Shown: one piece after another, positions 48,399 through 63,300 of the stretch | How the letters are laid out: every line of letters starts with the position of its first letter | Position numbering within the stretch: position 1 is the stretch's first letter | Source: Tubulanus polymorphus | Taxonomy: Eukaryota; Animalia; Nemertea | DNA length: 64,000 bases | Direction: 5' to 3' | Assembly (NCBI RefSeq): GCF_964204645.1 | Contig: NC_134029.1 | Location: 9,202,850-9,266,849 of the forward strand | Made by a program: the position numbers and the translations under genes | Notes under the pieces: generated by a model | Seen by the model: the letters and a program-made list of their open reading frames with translations, nothing else | What the model was told of the DNA's origin: nothing | The model's database searches: none

Positions 48399-51300
48399 CA
48401 TTATTATTTTCATATGTAACTATCACTTAGTTATATATTTTTTTTCTCAGGGCAATCCCCCTATCAGGCTCAGCCCCTAGGGCTTGGGGTTGTCCTTATA
48501 TATGTCTATTTATCTATGCAATTATATCCAAAGAAATTATGTTTATAATCTTGTACATATCATAAGTAAATAAATCATTCATTCATTCATACTTATGTTA
48601 ACGTGATAATTATGGTGAGTGGCGCCATCAAGACATTTCTCTACAAATGCGTTCCCCGAGTGGGAATACATACCATAGTAAATGAAAATTGAAGGCGCAT
48701 CAATACTAGTGAGTTTAACAATAGTCCAGTGCAACCATAATTAGGTATATAGTTACCCGATCGAAATTTCGATCAGCGGTACTTAAGCGTTTAATGGATT
48801 TGTTCAGAATGGAGATTACTTACTTCAGCAGAAGATTTCTTCGGTCCATGTCTTTGTCTTCTTGTACCTCGAACTTGTTCGACAAGGTTAATAAAATCTC
48901 AGATCTCGAAAGAGCCTCCTTCCTCTCTGTATTGTCGATTTTATCGTCATTACTGCTGTTATCACCTAGAAATGAATATAAGACATAGTAAACCCATTTC
49001 TATCAATTAATACAATAGACAGGCAATCAGATGGTTTATGGACTTATCCGACTTGAGTGTTATAAGTATATAGGGTCATTACAATTATTCAGTATCTGCG
49101 TGAAATCAAATACCATTTTGGTCATATCTGACTTGTTGAAATGTCTAAAATATCAAATCAACCTTCAATAAGAGAAAGGTTTTGATATTTTGTGAGTAAA
49201 AAGAGAGAAACTGTAGCATTATTCTCAAAAAGACTCTTATTCTAAATGATTGAAATCTGATATAATTGAGCTCGTGTGCAAATGGACTTACCGACTAGCA
49301 TATCCAAATCCGGAACTTCTCCTAAATCTTCTAATAATTCATGCAATGGATCATTATGGTCAGATGCTATCATATCTTCATGCTCCAACAACAACTGAAC
49401 AAAATTACACGGTTAGTAAAACACACTGTTATCATCAAGGTGTAATAGCCTGCTGGGAAATAGTGTACACATAGACGTACATCAAAAATTCAGAGAAATA
49501 TCTTTTACAGAAATTCTAAAAGGTAGCGATTAAGTTACTTAAAATGCTGAATATATGAATGAGTTCTACGTTTTGACTCAAAAAAAGTTTAGTACAAAAA
49601 TCACTCAAGCTGCTCATGTGTGGAGTTAAAAAGTTCCACAGGAGCAGCCAAGGAGAAAGTTAAGTGACCAAAAAAAGACCATATTTTAACATCTTAGGAA
49701 GCTAACAATTTTTTACTTTATCAAATGGGTAACTTTTAGTGCAGAGTAACCCAAATTCCATGCTCCACATGGTTAGAATAATTTCATTTCCATAAATTTG
49801 ACCTGAACAAACTTCATTTCTGGAACTGGAAATGTATGGCAAGAAAATGTGTGTTTGGAGTAAATGCGTTTAGAGCTACTGGTAAATTTCAAGTAACAGG
49901 GCAAGCGAAGCAATTACAGGCCTCACAGCGACACTATATTTACTATATATATACTATATTTTCTTCGACCCATCACTATATTTACTATTTTTTGGGCGGG
50001 CACAAATCTCAAAAATAGTACCAAATCTGCTTCTGATGTAACAATTACTTGCTTTTACAGGCAGATCATGTGTCTAATATTTAACATCTTACATTTTGTT
50101 TCTTTTCATGTGGTTGTGTGACAATATTGTGAGAGGCTTTGCTATGCCAAGGTGACCACACCCGATACCCGTGCATCTCAACCATCTGCAGGACCATAAC
50201 CTATAAGCTGCACTGGTAATCACTTGTGTGGAACCTACTCAAAACAGTCATACACCACATTGGATGGCTCGATAAGAGACAGTGGAGTGGACACAAAATC
50301 GGTTTGGCTAATAGCATTATGCCTCCAATCGAGCTGAATTGCCCTGATTTTCACTTGGCATTATTCTAAAAAGATACTATATTTTTGCTGTTCTTTCACT
50401 ACCGTATTTTCCGGCGATTAAGCCGACTCGGCCAATAAGCTGAGGGCAGTTTTTTAGCCTAAAATACATGGATTTCTTATTGCTTTGCCCAATAAGCCGA
50501 GGCCCTTCATCAGGAGATTTTAATTCACTGATTTTTCAATTAGTTTGTCTTATTTGACGATGTGTGAGGCTGACAATATGCGCCTGCCGATGTGTGAGAG
50601 TGCTGTGTATACTATCGTTGCCGAGTCACTGCTATATATAGACTCGTTCAGGTGATCTCTAACACACAGAACCATATATTGAAACCTACATTCGCAAACA
50701 CGGGGCTGACTGCTGACGCGCGTATATATAAATGTACTAGATTGCTGCTGTGAGGTGATGAAAGAAACAAAGTAACAAAACAGTTCTAAATACATTATTG
50801 GTAGTAAATAATGATCTCAAATAAAAATCTTATTCATTTTGATGATCCTCAGGAGCATTAGATTGACATAGTTTGGGAAGTAATTATTTAGGTCAGATCG
50901 TATCCGTCCAATAAGCGGATCATGATATTTTGGGGTAAAAATCTGAGGCTAGAAAATCGGCTTATTAGCCGGAAAATACGGTATATCTACTATCATATTT
51001 TTTCAAACGCAGCTGTGAGGCCTGCAATTATCAAAACTAAAAGTTAGCATCAATGGAAATTCATTATTCATAAACTTTTACCTGATGAGTTTCAAAGATC
51101 TCGTGAATTGAAATGTAGATCGTTGGTTTCGCAACCATGGTATAGTCGGTGTACTGATCCATATTGAATTGCATCTCAGGTTCTGGCACATCGCATACCA
51201 TACGTAAATATACCCTGAAATCAACAACGTTAACATCTATACCACTGCAAAGCCCATTCAATCCTGATCAATTGAACCAGTGAAATAAATTATGTATACT

Positions 51301-54300
51301 TTGCATAATTAAGTATGAGAGGACTCCAGATAAGAAAAGAATACAGACTTAACTGATCCATCATTTAAACCCAATGGATCCAAGCTCTTATAGCTTTTGA
51401 AGGTTTATAAAAACATCTACGGAGGGATCAGCACAAACCATATCTAACTGGCTCTGCAATCAGCTTCCAGTAATACATATTTTTAAGTGGCATTTAGTCA
51501 TCCAACTGGTCTGGTCTACTACAACAGTGTTTTATGGTAGTCACAATGTGCGGTCTGGTTCAATCCTTGCTGCGAGAAACTTGGCGTCCGAAGATAGGTT
51601 AAGGCTAACCTAAACTAGGTAAAACTTACTTGAACTGCTCGTGAGCTTCTCGAATGTATGAATTGAGGAATGATAGATGACAGCTGTCTCCGCCAAACTG
51701 AAAATATCAAAAATGTCATAGCTCTGAGTAGATTGTACATAGAATCCATCAATTTGTAAAAGCGGGTCTGTAGAATCCAAGAATTACCAGGTACCTGGTC
51801 ATAACATCATGTTCCACCTGATATTAAAAATTTTGACAGAATTTATAAATTCAATACACGTCAATTTCAACCAAGTGAAAACTACTAAATTTGTGGCCAC
51901 AAATGATCCTTACCAGTAATTCGCAGGAACTTACCCGGTATCTGAACTTTTCACAGGATAATAAGAAGCAATCCAGGTATTCATAATGATTATGGATTGA
52001 AAAATCTGTACCGTATATTCAGGATCTTTCAGAGCTTTCCTAGAACCAGTCAACCTAGAACATGGTACTATCAAACCCACTCAATCCGGATCATTTTGGA
52101 CTGATAAAATTCACCCGGTTTAAGCTGAGAGAAAGCCAGATCAAACACCATATTCTATATATTCAATATGTGTAGGTTGACCATAAACAATATCTTGATA
52201 AGATCGAAATCCAGATTTAACTGATCGTCTGGATTAAGTGAGTTTGACTTAATCATCGAAACAGTATAAGCGATAATGTTATAGCCGACTCACCCCTTTA
52301 TTGGTGGCGGCAAACTGCAGTATTTTTGCGATCGATCCAAGGTTACGTCGCTGATCTGATGTAAGACCTTTCTCGACGCCGACATCGATAATATCAAACG
52401 CATCCGGCGCCACAATCGCTGGGTTTATATATCGATAATACACTAGATTTCCGACTATCTGAAAATCAAATGAGCACACTACTGAAATAATAGGCAGTAA
52501 TCAAGTATGAAATCATCCTTTATGACATCTGAAAGGTTAGAGCTAAGTCTAACGAGACTACAGCCTGCGACCTAATGACTTTCTTATGCTATTAAGAATG
52601 GTATTTTCAATGAATTCGTTGGATGGCATTTTTGGCATTTCTCAGAAATTATTAGCGTTTAAGTTAGTATTAATAAGGATGACGTTATAATTGACTTTGA
52701 CTGTAGATTACTACAAGACAGGGGATTCAAATTTTTGCACAATCAAGTGGTGTTACTAGTAAAAGGGAAGTTCAAGTCGCAAGATATCTCAAGCAAAAAT
52801 TCTGCAGTTAAGAGACTAAATTTACTAATGTCAATCTAAAATCTTGTATATACGGTACTGGTAGATGTTTTTACCTTGAGAATGTCTTTCTCAGGTGCTG
52901 TAGGGAATTTTTTGTGCAATGCTTCTTTCATCACTTTAGCCATGAATCTCATACCATATCTTTAAAACAATATCATGTAGTCAGGTAATATAAGATGGTA
53001 TAATTCGCTTGATCATCCGAGTGCATGAACTCAAAACTTACGGAACTGTATCAACTGCTTTTATGATGGCCTGCAGGAAACGATCGGTAACTTTCTTCAA
53101 GCACTGAACCGATTGCTGGATACGATTTCGAACTTCTTCATGTTCTAATGCTTGTTGCACGGTGACATCATATGGCATTTCACTGTTGACAAGAGAGAAA
53201 TCAAAGATCGATTTATGAAACCGCTAAGCAAGGTACACTTGGAGGAATCTTGTTACGATGATCTCCACGGGACCAGAAGATATGTTATCTATAACCGAAA
53301 TTTAAAAAAAGTCCTATTGGGGACAAAATACTTTGTAATGACCATTATAAAGTTCCACTGTATTATGCTCTAGACTCAAATAGAGTACGACCCGGTATGA
53401 TCAAGAGGAACCAGATAACCCAGTCAGTTCAACAATTATGTGTTTCAAGTTCAATGCAGAAGTTGAACAATTGGAAAGGAAACTATATTTGTGACAGTTT
53501 TAAGATATGATGATTACAACAATAGAACTAAAATAACTAATGGAACTAAAGGGCTAATTTTTCCCGGACAAAGCATTTTCAATAACTGTAAGTAACAAAC
53601 TTACGTATCCCATGGCAATGATAAGAAATTACTTTTGTTGAAAAATTCCTATATGAAATAGGCCAAGATCAGGATAAGCGTTTTAAGGAGCAGCATTAAA
53701 TTTCATTAGGATTATCTCAATCCACAAATAGTTTAATCCATAGGCTAAGCCTTAACCCGAACAAAAAAGTTTTCAAAAGGCGAATCTTACGGCTTTGCTC
53801 AGGCAGGTGTTTTAGGGTTGAAAGGGCCACACGAAATAAGAATAAATCAAATTAATCAACTAGGGGTCCAGGGACGCCATGCCCACTTGGGAAGTGGTTT
53901 CAAATGCTCAACAATCTAACAATTTCAATATCATTCAACGTCCCCTGGTGACCATATACAAAAACCAATGACCTTGAAACTCACCACAATCATAAAACAT
54001 GTCAGCAGCTACGATTCTGTAATTGATTGTGATAACAAAATATGCCTCATTACCAATTTAAAATAAAAATACTAAGTTATTCTACTATTCAACACCCCCT
54101 GGTGATCATATGCAAAACCCTATGATCTTGAAAATCACCACAATCATAGAGCTACAACTTTGCAATTGATCATGGTAACGAAATATGCCTAGGTACCAAT
54201 ATAATAAGGAAATACTAATCTATTCTACTATTGAACGCCCCCTGGTGACCATATGGCATTAAGTAATGTCCTTAAACTCTCCATAATCATAGAACAAGTC

Positions 54301-57300
54301 ATGAGCTACAACTTTGCAATTGATTGTGGTAACAAAATATGCATAGGTACAAATATAATATAGAAATACTAAGTTACAGGGTGTCCCATTAATTACTATA
54401 CATAAAGAACTGCCTGTATCCTCAACATTTCTTAATGAAATGTTTCGATTTTCCACCAAATGATAGAATACAACGGTACTTTTTGATTATTATCGTGGTT
54501 GCTATGGTAATTTGCTTAGTGATTTCCTAGCAACTGATTACAGTGTTGTAGTGATTTTGTGTAATTCTGATTTAGAATAGATCACTGTTAAATCATGTCT
54601 ATGTCTCTGAAACAAAAAGCTTTGATGGTACGCTGGTTTTAGGAAACCTAATCTTTCTGTCAGTCTGAACCATAGATTTTCGGGTTAAGAATCCACATTT
54701 GATTGCAGAGAAGCCACTTAATCAATGTCATCAAGTGAGCTGTCTGTTGTCTACGAGGTGTGATCTTTGGATTTGCCATACAGTAGGTCATCAAATGGGC
54801 ATATAATCGGGCCATACTTTTTTGACAAAAAAAGGAAATGCTGACTATGAATGGAGCCGGCTATCATAAGATGCTGATTCAGTACAAAACTTCATAGATG
54901 CCTAAAAGAGGTAGTCTCAATCCAGTGTGGTTCCAACAGGATGGTGCGCAATGTCTTTCAGCCCGCAAAACAATTGATGTTCTGCATAGGCATTTCTGTG
55001 ACTGAATCTCAGCACTCCAAACGTAAACGACTGGGCCCCATACTCGCCTGACCTAAATCCATTGGATTTTCACTTGTGGGGCTAGCTGAAGGACACAGTG
55101 TACCAAAACAAACCAGAAACTATTGATGATTTCGAGAGAAACATCTGCGATAACACAGATGATTGTCAATTTTCTGAGAAATTTCAACAATAGACTGAAT
55201 CATGTGATAAAATTGAAAGGTTCTCCCATCTAGCATATTTTGTAAATTAATTTGATTTTAGTAAAGTAATTTTCTGTGGTGAAAAGTATTATTGTAGTCC
55301 ATCTCCCCTGAAGATTTGGCTGATTTATCTCAAGCGGTTTGAAAATGACAGGCAGTTCTTTATGTATAGTAATTAATGGGACACCCTGTATTATATTTTT
55401 CAATGCCCCTGGTGGCCATATACAAAATGCAATGACCTTGAAACTCACCAATATCATAGAACACGTTATGAGCTACAGCTTTCCAAACGATTGTGGTAAC
55501 ACAATATGCTTAGGCATCAGTGTAATGTGGAAAAACATTTTCCCAACTACGAATGAGTACTGATAACACCAAGATGGCCACCAATCGTGCCATAATTGGC
55601 TGATAAAAAATACCTGTATCAGGTATTATACATCCCTTTCCAAAGAATACCCACCATCAAATTTCAATGAGAAATGGCAAACCAGTAGGAAGCTACAGGA
55701 CTCAGAATTTGGGCCAAAATTGACATTTTTGGGCACTAAAAGGGTCATAGGACAGTCATCTCTTGAGTCCGATCAATTTTGCTCAGGCTGATGGTCCCTT
55801 GAGGGATTCAAATGTATACAAAGATCAAGGTAATTGATCAAAGCATCTTCAAAATTTCCCGCAAAAAGTTAAAAAATGTGTAAAACAGAGATGAGAACGC
55901 TGACCTACAAAATCTGCGGTTTTTTTTTCTTGATTTACTCACGCAAACCACTCGCGAGCGCTGAAGGCGCGAAGCTATTTCGGGGGTTTGGGGGTCCTCC
56001 CTCAAGAAAATTATAGAAATTAAAAGCGTTTTCCGAGCACTTAGGGCGATGAACCCATGAACGACTATTATATTTTGGAAGGTAATGGCTTGTTCCATTG
56101 AGGTACATCCTCATTCGATGACATTCAGCATCTCATGCATTACGGGTCGAGCCCTGAATTATTGCAGTTAAAATGCGCCGATAAATGCTCACTAAAAATC
56201 CAGTAGTGTATAATATCTGCAGGCGTTCGCCATACACGCGCGGCAACAGTAAGTAGGCCTATACACATTACTACTGTTGCCGCGCGTGCGTGTCTGCAAC
56301 CGGTCGATAAAATACATACACACTCATAATAGTAAAAATGTAGATACAAAATCAGTGTTGCAATGAATATGCATTGAAATGCGATACTTATACGCGGCGA
56401 TAAGTAAAACAGGCACTGAACGCTTTTACGGTTCACCTGAATGCCGGACCAATTGAGTGAGATCATCACCCCCCATACTTTTACATCATTTTTGGACTAT
56501 TTGGAAAATTGATATTTTTCAATACCGAAATCCGCGGGAAACCGCGGGGAATTCTCATTCATCCCTGGTAAAAAGTGCTGATTTTGGCGAACAACAATGG
56601 CTGCCAGTCGGCCATCTTGATTCTGACAGGGCCAGTTTTTGGGCTGAAGATGTGTCTAGATACATTTGTAACCCAAATATCAAGACATTACATTGAAGCG
56701 TCTTCAAAACTTCAGAAAAAAACTGGATTTCGTCTACGGACGGGCGGACGAAAAGTGAATGCAATAGCCCACTAGTCCCAAGGAGGCTAAAAACTAATAC
56801 ATCACAATATTCAAACTGATCTCTAACATCTGCTCACAGAATATTCATATCATACTACCCAGCATGTAAAAAGCATCAGGTCTTGAAAAGCAATGAATTG
56901 ATTCTACATTCAGAATCGCACGTGACGCTTACCTTGCCCTACCACTTTCAGACTCGATCTTATTCACCCAAGCTTTATACAAATCAGTTGGATTCGTGTT
57001 TATTCTGATATTTCGATCTTCTATCACCTCTTTAACAAGTGGATTTAGTAATTCTCGTAAACAGCTGTGTCCCTGGTGGTTCCTTAAAAACAAAATACAC
57101 ATGTATATTCAATGTAAAGCTCAACACAACATAAAATACTATCATACATATGTGAATAAAAAATATATAACTGTTATCGAACCTGTTAAAATCTACGATC
57201 ATTTTGACTACCATTGCGTTACCAGCAACAATATCAGTCATTTTGTCAACTTTTACACTGAAAAACGCCAAAAACATTATTTATGACTTTTGAGATCAAT

Positions 57301-60300
57301 ATGAAGGATATTTGAAACGTATTGCAACCACGGCTCAGGAACCCAATGTGTATATTCACAATCCGTACAGGAGGAAAAAAACTTACCTGATCTCTTCCTC
57401 GAGAGCCGATTTAAAAAGTTTCAACATTAGAAATTCTTCTCGTTGATTCGAAGCGTAATTATAAAGCGCCAAGACAACATTTTCCATGAATTTCGCGCAA
57501 CGACTTTGAGACATTTCGAATATGAGTTTTGCAAGGTAAATCGGATTCGTCTGTATGAGGTAAAACAGGTGCTGGTAAGCTTCAAGTCTGGACCGACTCT
57601 CTTTGCTGAGTGCTTTCAGCCCTCCTCGTGCCGTCAAAGTGTTCTCGCCTTCAGTTTGATAATCTTTCAATCTTCGATTATGTGTCATTACATCCTAACG
57701 AATAACCAAGTGGATATTACAACATACAATGGATTCTAGAACAATTGGCCGCCCACTTTTAACATATCACCATAAAAATTGCCACATTAGATTATCTTAA
57801 ATCTCTTGGAAAGTCAGATCATTTCAAATATAATTTCTTTGAAATTACCTATATATAAAGCAATAGTTAGGGTTGATAACCAAAAGTCTTTGATTTATGA
57901 GATTAGCCATTCAAAACTAGTGGACTTTAACAGCCAAAACGTTCGTTTAGGGCACCTAGATTACATTTCTAATCACTCATTGAGTATTGTGGCGACGATC
58001 AAAGGTATTTTTATCCTTATTTGAAAGATATCCTATTGTAAAATTAGTAAGAATATGATTTTCATGTTTCTTTTTTTTCAGTTGAAGGAAAATAATTTCA
58101 TGAGTACCGATAAAAAAGTGGAGGTCAATTGTCTGGAGAGCTAATTGTACTTATGTGTATACAATGAAATGACTTTTCTTCATAGAAGAACTAATCTCTA
58201 CCTGCAACGTGATTCTGTTTTTGACTAGTAATCCTATTTTGATGTCCATTTCATTCAAATCCGACTCAAGTTGTTGATTAGTTCGAATTACCGAAGCTAC
58301 TTGCATACGCAAGTTACTCAGTTCTGAAAGTAAACCAAACATTCTTCAAATCCAGAAAGAAAGACACTAAATATTTGGATGGATATATGAAAGCTGTGGG
58401 TACTGGAGTGTGTAATGGGTAGTGTAGTGTGATCTGTGTGCATTTGTGGCCAGCACACAGATCACATTGTTCATTGGGGTTTGGTCCAGGACTCGCGAGA
58501 TTTTCAACAACACGGAAGTAACATGTAATAAATGATGACTAGAATTGCATGACTACCTACCACCCCTCATTATTGTTGGAAAACTAAACGTTCCGCACTG
58601 ACTAAAAATTAGTAATAACATTTTAGAAATGGCCAGAATTTTAACTTAGGTTTATTAATTATTTTACAATTGCAATTGGTATAATTTATTTTTAAACGGC
58701 CGTTAAGGCTTCATGTTTCGTCTGCAATTCACTGCAAATAGTTACGCAACTACGCACATTTCAGTGTTTTTGGCAGCTGTACACTCAATCGGCACCGTTC
58801 GTGACTAGCTTCACTCTGGAATTATCATTAATTAACATCGCCATATCACATCATCAACTTATATTGTGCCTTAAAACCCTAACAGCCGAAATAATTGAAA
58901 TGCACACACGATTTCTATCATTGAAAATTGAGAGAGTGGCCATGTTTGTGTTCTGCTGCTTCGCGTAAATCCCGCGCGGTGGCGCAACCATGCGGAGTGG
59001 GGCCGATACGTCTAGAAAACTTATGATATTTTCAACAACGAAATGGCCCAACTGAAAAGTACGTAAATAATTACCAATTTCTTCAGAGTAGTCAACATCG
59101 CTGCGATCCAAAAGATGGACATATTTGCGTATAATGTGTAAAGAAGGATTATCATCATACATCATTGTCTTGTAATCCTGACGTGTTTTGTTCGATCGCC
59201 AAAACGTCTGAATCTTCACAATTTTATCTACCTATAACAACACATAATACTAATACAGAAGACTCAGCCGTGAATATTACGAAATACACGCATGAAAAAT
59301 GGAAGTTTGTGTAATTGGCATTCTACTAAGAGTCTACAGAATAGTATTCCTGTAAGAAAAATAAGTTTAATTCTATGATGTCAATAAGACTGGCGGAATT
59401 TTTAAGTGGCTAGAATCTATCTTTACAAATTGAAATGTGAATCTTAGCTAAACAGATCAGCAGTGTGTCATCTAAGTAATAGTTACATACATACAGGTCA
59501 GGCATTACTTACGTTAGTGGAGTTGACATTAAGATTGTGGTTTAACAAATGAAATTGAAGCCCGATAATTACCTGTGACTTGTAGAACGACCTCGTTTCC
59601 TGATATTTTCCCCTGGCTAGCCACATTTTCACAACTGCTTGAATCTATAAAACAATTGTCAGTGTCATCCATTACCATATGTACATGATGCTAGATTATA
59701 AAGTAATGGGAAAATATTAATCAATACCTTTATGGCAGATGTTTCATTATCTTTCATATATTTGAGGCGACTTTGGTAACATTTTCTGTCTTTATAGCCT
59801 CGCCAACATGACTGAATATGAGCGAAAAGTTTTGTGAATTAATGCCAACACATTCACTACCACAATGAATCTTCACAGTTCTTCACAGTTGCAATCACGA
59901 GTTATCTCAGTTGGCAGTTGAAATTATGAATTATCTCAGTTGGCAATGCGGCCAAAACATGAGAATGAGCCTTGAGAATTGATTCAGTTTGTTCAAACTG
60001 CATACAGATTAAGAACCATGTTATTCTGATTACCACGTCGCAAAAATCAAACCAATGAATCAGATGGGAATGACAAAACACTAGAAGTATGAGAGTATGT
60101 TTCAATCGTAGAGCAATACTTGCATATAAAAGAAGCACTTTTTACCTAAGTAAATAATTTACCTGAATTTTCACAGCAGCGGGCACCTGGCGATATTTGA
60201 AGTCCAGATGAGATTTGTATCGCTTTCGAGCGATATAACCTCGAATCTGAGACTGTATGACGATGATGAAGGGAAGATTAGCCTTGAATAACGACCATCG

Positions 60301-63300
60301 ATCATATTCCGAGGTAACAGCCGAAACAATTTGCTAAAAAGATTAATTTGAGTAATTTGAAATTATTCTGATGAATAGAGGATAATCGGTAATATCAAAG
60401 AGAAATAAAAAACCTGGACAAAATTATCTCCAATGATTAACAGGGTTGGTGGTGACAAATGGTTATGCAGTTGAAATTGGTTCATCTTAAATCAACTATG
60501 AATACCCTTACTAATCACCTTCGCCGACCCACACAGCGCAGCGCAGCTAGAAATTTTATTCTTAAACCATATTCATTTATAAACTAACAACCACTAGAAA
60601 TCACCATTCTACATGAAGCGCATCTGCTTCCAAATACAATCTTGTTTCAAATAATTTCGCAATAAGTACACCTTCTTGTAAAACTTCTTCAAATTGCTAC
60701 CAAACAAATTGCTTAATAAAAATCTCTGTGAGTTTAATAGTTTAGTTACTTTACCTGAATTTGGTCTTTAGTCAAAAATGATTGGTCGGTTTCTACGTCC
60801 TTAGGATGAATCCATGATGATTCTGCGGTTTCGGTGTTGAAATAAAACATGTGGCCATCTTTTGTCTTATACTCCATTAGGCCGCTTCGGCATTGCGCTA
60901 CAAAACAAAAATATTGCTATGTATATTGAGATGTAAGTGGCCAAAGGAAAAAAAAGGAAAATAGTTAAGTGTTCTCAGATGCAATTTCAAGGTTTTTTTT
61001 TACCAGGAAAATTTAAAAAAAAAAAAACCGGAATTCCGTCAAAAAACGGAAGTCTTACATCTCTGTATTAAATCTTATAATAGAGGAGCATGTGAGGATC
61101 ACATAAAATAGATATCAAAATTCATTCTTTTATCTTGAAATTAGGAGTTATATATCTATTATCAAATATTATAATTAATATAACTGTTATATACGCATAT
61201 AGCGCATCGCTACCAATAAACAAATTTTTTAAGCAAAAAACATCAATAATGGAATCATTGTTAATAATGTAATAATAATTACAATAATGTAATCATTGTT
61301 CGATTTATTTTACATAAAATTTTTACACAATCAATGAATCAAAATTCTATCAGAAGATGATCAGAGAATTTACCACCTCACTACCAGACCACTGTATCCT
61401 TTCCCAAGCACAAAAAGATACCGATATTGTTAGTGTCGCCAACTATGCGGTTATGTTTAACCAAGTGGGCAGTGTGGACAATCCAATTTTTCATGTGATG
61501 ATAAAACATTTATTATGCGTAAGGAATGATACTCAGTGGGTTTATAAACTTATCGGTAGTACTTTTAAGAGGTAGAAATGGACATTTTGTAAAAGAATCT
61601 TAACTTACCTTTTTCCGAACTTTGCTCTTTGGCTTGTTTTAGTTTCGACATGTAATCTTGCACGCATTCGAGGGTAACGCTGTGAAGTCCACCGTCTGAA
61701 TTACTCATTAGGTTTTGCAACTGGTCCGTATCATCTTGGTCGATCGCCAAGTTCACCGCAGCTAACCAAGCACTAGCTGTATAGATAGGAAAGTTTCTTA
61801 GTTTTAGATTAAACAAGGACTAGTTGACTTCATTATATTGAACAAAATAAAAGCTCTCTTAGCAAATGGCTTTCTACAATATATTATTGATATTGGCATT
61901 TCAAGTTTATTGACGAGTACTGAGAACAATTCTTGCTCAATTCGAGGGACAAGATTTTTGCCTTGAAAGGTGGCAACGGAAAATTGAAGGCAAGCTTCCG
62001 TATCTCGTCTCAAATAGTAATGCCTCAGTAATCATACATAGAAGTTAACACACTTTTAAGAGCTTCATCAGTTTGTCGATTTGCTTCCTTCACTCGTTTT
62101 TGAATGATTTCCCACCACAAACAAGCAGTGTCATCATCCATTTCCTAGAAAAATTTAAAAAAAACAAATAAACATTGAAGATTCAATCGTTCAGTTGCAA
62201 AATTTCACAGAAATACTCAGGATATACTTTAGCTTTTTTCTGTTTTTCCCGAAGAAGCAAAGTTTGGTAAAGAACAGCAGCTCGCGGTTGGACGTCTTCT
62301 AGCTTTGCATCTGGCATTGTGAGAACTTTAAATAACGCTTCTGTATCTCCACCATCCACTGCTTCATTGATCAAACCTACTGCATTTATTTCTGGAATAA
62401 AATTTGACACATACTTATCATGACGTACGTGTAATGAGTACAGGCTGTTACTGTGTTAAGCAAAGATTACATGAGAGTCTACCAGATTTGCTCCTGAGAA
62501 TGTTTTATCTTTTTAAGCTCATTTTACAATATTAGGATTCGAGAGCTCTAAAAATCTGGTTGGAAGTCGATTGAATTAATTCTGCGTAAAACCAACAGCT
62601 ACCGGTAAAACATGCCGGCACTCCATATCTTTTGGGACAGGGTCATTAAATATCTACATTAAAGATAAGTGCAATCAGCAATGAAGGGCAAGATGCTCAA
62701 AAACAGAAGTAAAAACAAGTGGTCAGCAATCATTGTAAGACCACTAAAGCGTTTTAGGTTTCATTGAAGACAACTATGATTCTTAAGATCACCTACTACT
62801 AAAGATCTGGGATATCTAGGATTTTCAAAGCAACCTACTTTTGTTTTCTTCCAGAACATATCCATTGACGAGATCGATGCATTCTTGTATTTCAGGATGA
62901 TTTAGCAATTCACAGTTCTCCTGTAAAATTGATTCAAACATTTTCTGCAATCAATTTTTTTTCCCCGAATCAAGGTCCTGAGCCTCGAGAAAAGATTTGA
63001 GCATTCTGACATTTACACCGAAAACAAAAATCATTATCTGATGAAGCTGCTTTCATTTGGAACGCAATGCAAATGGCCAGAAAGGGAGCAGTTTATGATT
63101 GGATGGTCATTACATGTAAGATGAGAGAAGCAAACAATTGTACAAGGCACTCCTTGCACTAAGGAAACTATCAAAGGTTTAATTTCAAAGCTAAAGATAA
63201 ACATACGCCAATTTTCTTTTGTTTTGCCAATGCGAATTCAGCTAGATATTCATCCTGGGAATTCTCATCGATGGCTACTAGATGGGCAGAACTATCTAAC

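Larger units (their letters stand above)
46745..48590 (+). mobile_element. Truncated non-LTR retrotransposon (CR1/L2-like) RT fragment and 3' tail, interrupted by an insertion
   Basis: [21 protein letters not shown]...FADDTNLF (about 46765-46885) is the RT core. The frame breaks at TTAA 46933. A putative 3'UTR with (ATT)n and an AATAAA-(TCAT)n tail ends at about 48590. Confidence 0.7.
53858..56793 (-). mobile_element. Second, inverted copy of the 28601-30398 HINE, with two nested insertions
   Basis: AACTAGGGGTCCAGGGACGCCATGCCCACTTGGGAAGTGG at 53858 and the TAGCCCACTAGTCCCAAGGAGGCTAAAA end mirror the first copy. The same roughly 150-bp monomers lie at about 53930-54375 and 55390-55520. Confidence 0.8.

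Noticed and set aside
48220-48480. Poly-Asn and poly-Ile ORFs on both strands
   Set aside because: They are translations of an (ATT)n microsatellite.
46121-62227. GTAT-starting IQGAP introns as possible U12-type introns
   Set aside because: The donors are GTATAC, GTATTG and GTATAT, not the U12 consensus GTATCCTT.
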